Below, piece after piece: positions 40,741-48,406 of a stretch of 64,000 nt of DNA. Under the pieces are notes generated by a model. It was given only the letters and a program-made list of their open reading frames with translations, made no database searches and was not told the origin of the DNA. A program made the translations under genes and the position numbers. The DNA lies in the sequence record SRR20825006_492; one strand, given 5' to 3'. How positions within the stretch are numbered: the stretch's first letter is position 1; every line of letters begins with the position of its first letter.

Positions 40741-41718
40741 ATGGAAGATATTGTAGGAAAAAGATTTAAAGTAGTAGTTATTGGAAGCGGCCCTGCGGGA
40801 CTAACAGCAGCACTTTATGCGGCGCGTGCAGATTTAAGCCCCATCGTTTTTGAAGGTATTGAACCTGGTGGGCAACTGATGACCACCAGCGATGTTGAAA
40901 ACTTTCCAGGATATCCTGATGGTGTTACTGGCCCACAAATGATGGATGATTTACGGAAACAAGCTACTCGATTTGGAGCTGATTGCAGATACGGTTATGT
41001 AACTAACATCGATTTTGACAAGCGCCCATATAAAATTACTGTGGATGAGAAAACAGAGGTTTTTGCCGATACAGTGATTGCTTCTACAGGTGCTTCGGCA
41101 ATGTGGCTTGGAATTGAAAGTGAGCAAAAATTACGTGGAAAAGGTGTTTCTGCTTGTGCAACATGTGATGGCGCTTTCTTCAGAAATGAGCATGTAATTA
41201 TTGTTGGTGGCGGTGACACCGCAATGGAAGAAGCAACTTTCTTAACCAAGTTTGCAAGTAAAGTTACCGTAATTCATCGTCGCGAAGAACTTAGAGCTTC
41301 CAAGGCTATGCAAAAACGTGCTTTCGATAACGAGAAAATCGAATTTATGTGGAACAGCGGCGTAGAAGAGGTTCTTGGGGAGAATGTTGTTGAAGGTGTG
41401 AAAATAAAAAATCTACAATCTGGCGAGATTACAACTTTAGATGATGTAACAGGCGTTTTCGTAGCTATTGGCCACAAACCCAACACCGACTTGTTTAAAG
41501 GCGTAATCACGATGGATGATGTAGGCTATATTCAAACTAAAGGTCAATCTACTAAAACTGATTTGCCTGGAATTTTTGCTTGTGGTGATGCAATGGATTC
41601 TTTCTACCGACAAGCAGTTACAGCAGCCGGAACGGGTTGTAAAGCGGCGCTTGATGCCGAGCATTATCTCAGTAACGAAATGAGTGAAGAAGCAATCGCT
41701 CAAGAGCACTGGAAGTAA
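40741..41718 (+). CDS. trxB: Thioredoxin reductase
   Basis: IGSGPAG, GGQL, VSACATCDG, GGGDTAMEE, HRR, YRQAVTAAG. Confidence 0.97.
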   Translation: MEDIVGKRFKVVVIGSGPAGLTAALYAARADLSPIVFEGIEPGGQLMTTSDVENFPGYPDGVTGPQMMDDLRKQATRFGADCRYGYVTNIDFDKRPYKITVDEKTEVFADTVIASTGASAMWLGIESEQKLRGKGVSACATCDGAFFRNEHVIIVGGGDTAMEEATFLTKFASKVTVIHRREELRASKAMQKRAFDNEKIEFMWNSGVEEVLGENVVEGVKIKNLQSGEITTLDDVTGVFVAIGHKPNTDLFKGVITMDDVGYIQTKGQSTKTDLPGIFACGDAMDSFYRQAVTAAGTGCKAALDAEHYLSNEMSEEAIAQEHWK

Positions 41719-41755
41719 TTGCTAAACAATAGAAAGCAATAATAAACCATTTATA

Positions 41756-42157
41756 ATGAAAAAAATGACAGTATTTCTAATAGTTGCAGGCGTCGTAATA
41801 GCATTTGTGTTTTTAAGTAAAGCCATGAAAAAGGACGATACAATAAAAACAATTTCTGCGAAACAGGCTCTTGTACAAGTTGTTGAAGAGCCCGGAGTAA
41901 TTATTGATGTCCGAACAAAGGATGAATATAATGCTGGGCATTTAACTAAAAGTGAGTTCCAATATGATGTTACCACAGGGGAATTTGAATCAAAAATAGG
42001 TTCGCTCGATAAGTCAAAAACGTACTATTTGTACTGCCGATCGGGTAATCGAAGTGGTAAAGCGGCTGTAATTATGAAAGAAAAAGGATTTACTAATGTC
42101 TACAACATTGGTGGATATTCAACATTGATTAGCGCAGGATTTGAATCTTCAAACTAA
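41756..42157 (+). CDS. Rhodanese-like domain protein with N-terminal membrane anchor
   Basis: IIDVRT..EY..GH; YCRSGNRS active-site loop; NIGG. Confidence 0.88.
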   Translation: MKKMTVFLIVAGVVIAFVFLSKAMKKDDTIKTISAKQALVQVVEEPGVIIDVRTKDEYNAGHLTKSEFQYDVTTGEFESKIGSLDKSKTYYLYCRSGNRSGKAAVIMKEKGFTNVYNIGGYSTLISAGFESSN

Positions 42158-42184
42158 TTGACTTTCAAAAATAATAGTAATCAC

Positions 42185-42219
42185 AAAAAAGCTCCTTCTT
42201 TATAGATGGAGCTTTTTTT
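42185..42219. terminator. Bidirectional terminator
   Basis: AAAAAAGCTCC ... GGAGCTTTTTTT between convergent genes. Confidence 0.8.
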
Positions 42220-42294
42220 ATGATGTGATTAAATAAAAAATTACGAGCTAAGTAGTAGACTGTGACCGAAAGAGCTCGCTAAATATGTTTACAA

Positions 42295-42720
42295 TTACTT
42301 TTTCTTGCCGATAGTTTTTTCGTCTTTATCGTCATCTGAGTCTTTTTCAGTAGTATTCTTTTCAGCGGTACTACTTTCATCATCATCTTCATTAATCTCG
42401 ATGATTTCAGCTTCTACAGAGTATTCGTCGTCATCGCCGTCCACTTCACGTTCAACAAGAATTTGGTAGTCGTTAATAAACATAGCAAACATCCCAATTG
42501 CTGAAATAACTGGAACCATGGCGCCTACTAACGCTGCTCCACCAACACCAACGGCAAGTTGAGTTTGGAATACAACCTCACCTTTTTTGTTCTTGATGAG
42601 TAGTCTACGAGCGCCACCTTCTTTTATAATTTCTCGGATTTTGCTAATGACTTCATTCACACCACCTTGTACCTCTTCGTAGATGCTTTTCGCTTTAGAT
42701 TTTGCGTCTTCTTTATTCAT
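42295..42720 (-). CDS. DUF4342-like protein with acidic tail
   Basis: KIREIIKEG..RRLLIK, Gly/Ala-rich hydrophobic segment, then VER; recalled family pattern. Confidence 0.7.
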   Translation of the reverse strand: MNKEDAKSKAKSIYEEVQGGVNEVISKIREIIKEGGARRLLIKNKKGEVVFQTQLAVGVGGAALVGAMVPVISAIGMFAMFINDYQILVEREVDGDDDEYSVEAEIIEINEDDDESSTAEKNTTEKDSDDDKDEKTIGKKK

Positions 42721-42810
42721 GATATGTGCGGTTTATGAAAATTTTTGTAAGGAGTTTCCTCCGGCGAGGTCTAACTACGTGAAGCATAATAAAAAGATTC
42801 GGTATTAAAA

Positions 42811-44352
42811 ATGTTAGCTCGAGTTTATTGTGCATCAACGGTAGGTGTTGATGCGCGGATCATCGATGTAGAAACCCATCACACTAACGGAATGCCTAAA
42901 TTTTTCTTGGTGGGATTACCTGATAGAGCAGTAAGTGAGTCACGTGATCGTGTGGAAGCTGCTATTAGAAACACGGGTTCTTTCTATCCCTTAGGTAGAA
43001 TCACAGTGAATCTTGCTCCCGCCGACCTTCCCAAAGAAGGAAATGCGTTTGACCTTCCTTTGGCTGTTGGTTTGTTAATGATGTCTGGCCAGTTGCATAC
43101 CGATAAACTAGACAAAACAGTGTTGATGGGTGAGCTTGCTTTAGACGGACAAATCCGTCCAATAAAAGGTGTGCTCCCTGTTGCTGTAGAAGCAAAGAAG
43201 CGTGGTTTTGAATACTTGGTAGTTCCCAAAGAAAATGGACCTGAAGCTGCTGTAGTTGAGGGCATTAAAATCTTTCCATTTGAGCATTTAAATCAAGTTA
43301 CGGATTGGTTAGAAAACCGAGGTTCGATGGATCCATTAGAGATTGATGTCCAGGCTTTTTTTGGCCAAAATGGTAAAGATGATTTAATGGATTTTAGTGA
43401 TGTTAGAGGCCAAGAAAATGTAAAGCGGGCGCTTGAAATAGCAGCTTCAGGTGGGCATAATGTTATTATGGTAGGCCCACCAGGTTCGGGTAAAACAATG
43501 ATGGCTCGTCGAATACCGACGATATTACCTCCATTGGCTTTGGAGGAATCACTTGAAACAACTAAAATTCATTCTGTTTCGGGAATATTAGATGCAAAAA
43601 AAGCATTGATTACACAACGTCCCTTTCGGGCTCCTCATCACACTGTTTCCGACGTTGCCCTTGTTGGAGGGGGAAGCATGCCCATGCCAGGCGAAATCTC
43701 AATGGCGCATAATGGTGTGTTATTTTTAGATGAACTTCCAGAGTTTAAACGAAGCGCCTTGGAAGTAATGAGACAGCCTTTAGAAGATGGATTTGTATCA
43801 ATAGCTCGTGCAAGAATGAGTGTAACCTATCCAAGTAGAGCCATGTTGGTAGCTTCTATGAACCCATCTCCATCGGGCGATTGGTACGATCCAAAAGAAA
43901 TGGGCGGGGGCTCGAATCTACAGATGCAGCGCTATTTGAGCAAAATAAGTGGTCCGTTGCTAGACCGAATTGATTTACATATTGAAGTAAATAAAGTGAG
44001 CTATGACGAACTTTCGGGGAAAGCTAAAGGAGAGTCTTCAGAAGAAATTCGCAAAAGAGTGATTGAAGCTCGTGAAGTCCAATCGCAGCGCTTCTTGGGA
44101 GTAAAAGGAGTATACGGAAATGCTCAAATGAACACACGAATGGTCCGAAAAGTATGCCAACTAGATGAAGTGAGTTCAAATATTTTGAAAAAAGCTATAA
44201 CAACACTGGGCCTCTCTGCAAGGGCTTATGATAGGATTTTGAAAGTAAGTAGAACGATTGCTGATTTAGAAAAATCTGAGAATATTCAATCTCATCATGT
44301 TGCAGAAGCAATTCAATATCGAAGTTTAGATAGAGAAGGGTGGCTAGGTTGA
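42811..44352 (+). CDS. comM: YifB/ComM Mg-chelatase-like AAA+ ATPase
   Basis: VGLPD.AV.ES, VNLAPADLPKEG..FDLP, GPPGSGKT, RAPHH, LFLDELPEF, ISGPLLDRID, LSARAYDRILKVSRTIADL. Confidence 0.93.
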   Translation: MLARVYCASTVGVDARIIDVETHHTNGMPKFFLVGLPDRAVSESRDRVEAAIRNTGSFYPLGRITVNLAPADLPKEGNAFDLPLAVGLLMMSGQLHTDKLDKTVLMGELALDGQIRPIKGVLPVAVEAKKRGFEYLVVPKENGPEAAVVEGIKIFPFEHLNQVTDWLENRGSMDPLEIDVQAFFGQNGKDDLMDFSDVRGQENVKRALEIAASGGHNVIMVGPPGSGKTMMARRIPTILPPLALEESLETTKIHSVSGILDAKKALITQRPFRAPHHTVSDVALVGGGSMPMPGEISMAHNGVLFLDELPEFKRSALEVMRQPLEDGFVSIARARMSVTYPSRAMLVASMNPSPSGDWYDPKEMGGGSNLQMQRYLSKISGPLLDRIDLHIEVNKVSYDELSGKAKGESSEEIRKRVIEAREVQSQRFLGVKGVYGNAQMNTRMVRKVCQLDEVSSNILKKAITTLGLSARAYDRILKVSRTIADLEKSENIQSHHVAEAIQYRSLDREGWLG

Positions 44353-44358
44353 AAACGG

Positions 44359-44400
44359 CAATTTTCAACATCAAATTTCCAACATTCAACAACCATTGAT
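44359..44400 (+). repeat. Six-unit 7-nt array upstream of the four-helix-bundle gene
   Basis: CAATTTT CAACATC AAATTTC CAACATT CAACAAC CATTGAT. Confidence 0.85.
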
Positions 44401-44402
44401 AC

Positions 44403-44762
44403 ATGAATGTGAAACACTATAACTTACAAAGTAGATTGATTGAGTTTTCAATTTCAATTATTGATATAAGCAATATGTTGCCAAAAAATTATGCTGGGCA
44501 GCACTTTTCGAAACAGTTAATCAGGTCGGGTACATCTCCTGGCTTTCAACAAGCAGAAGCACAAAGTGCAGAATCAAATAAGGATTTTATTCACAAATTA
44601 AAGATTGGAATAAAAGAGTTAAGGGAAGCGAAAGTCAATCTTGAAATTATACACAGAAAATTCTTGCCATCCGAAAATAAAGTACAGCATACATTAAAAG
44701 AAAGTGATGAGTTAGTCGCAATTTTTTATTCAAGCATTAGAACTGCTAAAGCAAAAAATTAA
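44403..44762 (+). CDS. Four-helix-bundle protein (23S rRNA-IVP / TIGR02436, Avd-like fold)
   Basis: 119 aa; QLIRSGTSP....AEAQSAESNKDFIHKLKIGIKELRE family motif. Confidence 0.92.
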   Translation: MNVKHYNLQSRLIEFSISIIDISNMLPKNYAGQHFSKQLIRSGTSPGFQQAEAQSAESNKDFIHKLKIGIKELREAKVNLEIIHRKFLPSENKVQHTLKESDELVAIFYSSIRTAKAKN

Positions 44763-44770
44763 TGTTCAGC

Positions 44771-44812
44771 AACATTGGATATTGGAAACTGAATGTTGGT
44801 TGGTGGTTATTG
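44771..44812 (+). repeat. Six-unit 7-nt array downstream, unit-wise complementary to the upstream array
   Basis: AACATTG GATATTG GAAACTG AATGTTG GTTGGTG GTTATTG. Confidence 0.85.
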
Positions 44813-44970
44813 TGAAAGCTCATGATTCGTTATTAAACATTCATTTTTCGTTTTTCAAGAGTTCCACATGTTCATGCGGTGCACAACATCATGCGTATTC
44901 ATTATTCTGGAAACAGAGGAAACTTATACTTTCATCTTAAGTGTAAACAAATAGACAGGAGGCCATTGTT

Positions 44971-45063
44971 ATGAAAAAATCGTCATCTACTTATTTGCCA
45001 AGTGGGCTAGTATTTGTTTTACCAATACTAATAATTGTGGTATATCTCATTCTCACTCAATAA
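44971..45063 (+). CDS. Putative 30-aa single-TM small protein MKKSSSTYLPSGLVFVLPILIIVVYLILTQ (below the ORF-track cutoff)
   Basis: AGGAGG at 44957-44962, 8 nt before ATG; basic N-terminus plus ~17-residue hydrophobic stretch. Confidence 0.6.
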   Translation: MKKSSSTYLPSGLVFVLPILIIVVYLILTQ

Positions 45064-45128
45064 AAGGTTGACTAGAGCTGTATATTTGGATAAGCTTTTA
45101 GTTCTTAATCATAATATAGTTCAAACAG

Positions 45129-47567
45129 TTGCCTAAATTCGCCGAGATAGCATTTCCTACTGCTGTACGCCAACTTTTTACTTATCAACTTACCTCAAAT
45201 CAGCAGAAAGATATTCGTGTTGGAATGAGAGTTTGGGCTCCGCTTCGGAATTATAACGCCATTGGTGTAGTGATAAAGCTCCACGATGAAAAGCCTACAT
45301 TTCAGACCAAAGAAATCCGTCAAATTCTTGATGAAGAACCTATTCTTGATGACGAGATACTAAAGCTTACTCGATGGATTCATCGTTTTTACTATAGTAG
45401 CTTGGGAGAAGTTATTCAGGCAGCACTTCCTGCAGGTCTTAATTTTGTTTCAAAAAAGTACATCAGAGTTGCCAATACTAATCAAGAACATTCCTTAACT
45501 GAGTTACAAAAAGAAGTACTTGGTGAGATAAAGAAACAGACTGATTTTGAGTTTAATGAAGCCAAAAAAAGATGGGTTGGGACTTCAGCTAACAAAGCAT
45601 TAACCGAACTTCTAAAATTGGGTGCGATAGAAATTTGGGAAGAACCAGAATTAAAAGTTACAGCCAAAACAGAGCGGGCTTGGGATTGGACGGATGACAG
45701 AACTGCCGAAACCGCAAAAGCATTTCTTGAAGAGACAAAAAGTAAAGGAGCCAAGTGGAAGGATGCTCTTGAATATTTTGCAGAGATGGGGTTGCCAATA
45801 AGAAATTCAGAGCTGGCAACATCGGAAAAGGTGAACTCATATTCTCTAAATAGATTAAAAGAAGAGGAATGGATTAAGCCTATTGAAATGGAAGCCTTGC
45901 CCGAAAAGAGTCTGCTCGATTTTGCACCTGATTCAATTAAATCCTTAAATAAAGAACAGATTGCAGCTTTTTCGGAAATTCAAGCTGGCTTGGAAAAAGG
46001 TGAGTTTGCAAATTATTTGCTTTACGGAATTACAGGAAGTGGAAAAACAGAAGTTTACATTCATGCGCTTAAACAGGTAGTAGAGTCAGGAAAAGGGGGG
46101 ATTGTTCTTGTTCCCGAAATTGCACTTACACCACAAACAGTCTCTCGATTTTATAAAATATTTGGTGAAGAAGTAGCTGTTCTCCATAGTAGAATGACAA
46201 GTAGAGAACGATTGCTAGCTTGGAACGACTTAAAAAGTGGAACCAAGAAAATTGCCATTGGACCACGATCTGCGGTGTTTGCACCCGTTCAAAATTTAGG
46301 ATTGATAATATTAGATGAAGAGCACGATGCTTCCTACAAGCAAATAGATCCAGCACCTCGGTATCATGCTCGAGAAACTGCAATAATGCGAGCCAATCTG
46401 AACAAGGCAGTAGTGATAATGGGCTCAGCAACGCCAAGTATGCAGGCATTGAGTATGGCTGCGAAGGGCAAGTGTGGGTTGTTGGAACTTAAAGAACGTC
46501 ATGCTGAGGCAACCTTGCCAGAAGTTCAAATAATCGATTTAAAGCAATACAAAGGTGCTATGAAAGGAGATCTTTCAATGGCTTTGTACACTGCGATTGA
46601 GGATGCATTATCAAAGAAAGAGCAGATTATTTTGTTATATAATCGTCGTGGTTTTGCAAACTATTTGCAGTGCGAAGATTGCGGACATATTCCTCAAAGT
46701 CCAGAATGTTCGGTGAGCCTCACTTATCATAAAAGAAAGAACATGCTGCTTTGCCATTATTCTGGATATTCAAGGCGGGCAGATACTTATTGTGAAAACT
46801 GTGGGTCGGGAAATTTGGTAGTTCAAGGCTCGGGTACTCAAAAAGTGGAGGAAGATATTGCAGAACTATTTCCAGAGGCAAAATTACTTCGGTTTGATAG
46901 AGACAGTACCACTAGAAAAGGTGCTCATGCTAAAATACTAAATACTTTTGGTGAGGGAGAAGCGGATATCATGGTAGGCACACAATTGGTTGCCAAAGGG
47001 CTCGATTTCCCAAATGTAACCGTTGTTGGTGTGATTGATGCAGACACAGAATTAGCCTTTCCATCTTTTCAATCTACAGAGCGGATGTATCAACTATTGA
47101 GCCAGGTTTCAGGGCGTTCAGGTCGTGGTGAAAAGCTGGGGAAAGTGTATATCCAAACGCGAGCACCAGAAAATAGCGCCATCCAATTTGCTAAAAGGCA
47201 CGATCATGAAGGCTTTTCGAAAGAAGAAATGGGTTTTAGAAAACCGCTAAATTATCCACCTTATTCTCGATTGATACAGTTTGTTCTTAAAGGGAAAGAG
47301 GATAATGAAGTAAGTAATTCCGCCCATTTATTGGTAGATGTTATCAATAGAGTTGTGCCAGATTTAGATACTTTGGGACCATCTCCATCTGCTATTGCAT
47401 GGATGAATAGAAATTATTTTTGGGAAGTAATGGTGAAAATATCTCCAGAAAAAGGAGACAATTATATCGAAAAGCTATTGGACAAGGTGATGGAAGTTTA
47501 CAGATATGAGACTCCAATAAGCGAAGCAAAAGTGCGAATTAACATCAATGTAGATTCCATTCGCTAG
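45129..47567 (+). CDS. priA: Primosomal protein N' (replication restart helicase)
   Basis: GITGSGKTEVY, LVPEIALTPQ, DEEHD.SYKQ...PRYHAR, GSATPS, NRRGF, GTQLVAKGLDFP, QVSGRSGR, YPPY. Confidence 0.96.
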   Translation: MPKFAEIAFPTAVRQLFTYQLTSNQQKDIRVGMRVWAPLRNYNAIGVVIKLHDEKPTFQTKEIRQILDEEPILDDEILKLTRWIHRFYYSSLGEVIQAALPAGLNFVSKKYIRVANTNQEHSLTELQKEVLGEIKKQTDFEFNEAKKRWVGTSANKALTELLKLGAIEIWEEPELKVTAKTERAWDWTDDRTAETAKAFLEETKSKGAKWKDALEYFAEMGLPIRNSELATSEKVNSYSLNRLKEEEWIKPIEMEALPEKSLLDFAPDSIKSLNKEQIAAFSEIQAGLEKGEFANYLLYGITGSGKTEVYIHALKQVVESGKGGIVLVPEIALTPQTVSRFYKIFGEEVAVLHSRMTSRERLLAWNDLKSGTKKIAIGPRSAVFAPVQNLGLIILDEEHDASYKQIDPAPRYHARETAIMRANLNKAVVIMGSATPSMQALSMAAKGKCGLLELKERHAEATLPEVQIIDLKQYKGAMKGDLSMALYTAIEDALSKKEQIILLYNRRGFANYLQCEDCGHIPQSPECSVSLTYHKRKNMLLCHYSGYSRRADTYCENCGSGNLVVQGSGTQKVEEDIAELFPEAKLLRFDRDSTTRKGAHAKILNTFGEGEADIMVGTQLVAKGLDFPNVTVVGVIDADTELAFPSFQSTERMYQLLSQVSGRSGRGEKLGKVYIQTRAPENSAIQFAKRHDHEGFSKEEMGFRKPLNYPPYSRLIQFVLKGKEDNEVSNSAHLLVDVINRVVPDLDTLGPSPSAIAWMNRNYFWEVMVKISPEKGDNYIEKLLDKVMEVYRYETPISEAKVRININVDSIR

Positions 47568-47648
47568 GTTTTAAGGTAGTATAACAAGTAGCCTAAACTT
47601 GTTGGTTTGTGATTTTGAATCGCCTCTTTATCTGCTTCTCATTATCGA

Positions 47649-48146
47649 TTAAAAAGTCTTTCCTAACGAAAGTCCACCGCTAAAATATATACGCTTGGTT
47701 ATATTATTTGTGAATGGAGTTAAGCTGACTTTAAAGAATTTTCCCGTTTTTGGGTCTACAGATTTAATTCCTAAAGACGAGGTGATGTAAAAGTTTTCGT
47801 TTGGATTTAGAAACAAAAAAGTAGTGCCTAATCCTGCCTCAAATTGTGTGGTTCTATTTATGTTAATCAGAGAATTAAGTAGAATAGGTAGGCTAATATG
47901 GCGAGTATTGGTAAAAAAGTCATCTAACTCAGGAAAATACCCAGCTCCCATTCGTAACGATAGCCCTTGTTTGAGTAATCTTTCATAATTGATGGAATAC
48001 GAAAGGCCATTCCCCAGCAATTCTAAATAGATGGAATGTTTTTTGAACTCAGTTTCTACCTGCAAAGATGTATCCATATCCTGAGCATATAACTGAGAGC
48101 TAGCAGGAAGTAAAAGCAATAGAACCAGAGATGAAATTTTAATCAT
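47649..48146 (-). CDS. Hypothetical secreted protein, possibly a small outer-membrane beta-barrel
   Basis: Signal peptide; SIYLELLGNGLSYSINYE amphipathic strands; terminal Phe. Confidence 0.65.
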   Translation of the reverse strand: MIKISSLVLLLLLPASSQLYAQDMDTSLQVETEFKKHSIYLELLGNGLSYSINYERLLKQGLSLRMGAGYFPELDDFFTNTRHISLPILLNSLININRTTQFEAGLGTTFLFLNPNENFYITSSLGIKSVDPKTGKFFKVSLTPFTNNITKRIYFSGGLSLGKTF

Positions 48147-48406
48147 GGTTTTACGATTTTTTGAGTTCTATGTGATTCAAGCATCATTAAACTGATTCAG
48201 TAGGAGTATACCTGAAAGTTATAGAGCTACATGATTTGAAAATTAAACATTTGCAAATAACTCTATATCAGGTCTAAATGTATAATTAACTTTTATTTTT
48301 ACATAAATCAATTCTCTAAAGAAAAAAAATATAGAATTTTCTTAAGCACTTGCAATATGGGGAGTAAAATTGCTATTTAGGAAGTGAATATAAAATAATG
48401 ATACTT

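Noticed and set aside
42774-42800. GAATC-N16-CGTA ECF-like promoter (minus strand) upstream of the DUF4342 gene
   Set aside because: Single instance with no second well-spaced copy in the window to support it
43850-43930. Cys-less NPSPSG motif in ComM as a novelty on its own
   Set aside because: I recall this variant in other Bacteroidota homologs; kept only as context for the PriA finding
23612-44812. Diversity-generating retroelement or 23S rRNA intervening sequence as the explanation for the four-helix-bundle genes
   Set aside because: No reverse transcriptase, no TR/VR repeat pair and no rRNA sequence visible in the window
44359-44812. Heptamer arrays as CRISPR, IS terminal inverted repeats or a plain terminator
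   Set aside because: No spacers or cas genes, no transposase, no U tail, and the ordinary antiparallel register matches worse than the same-order register
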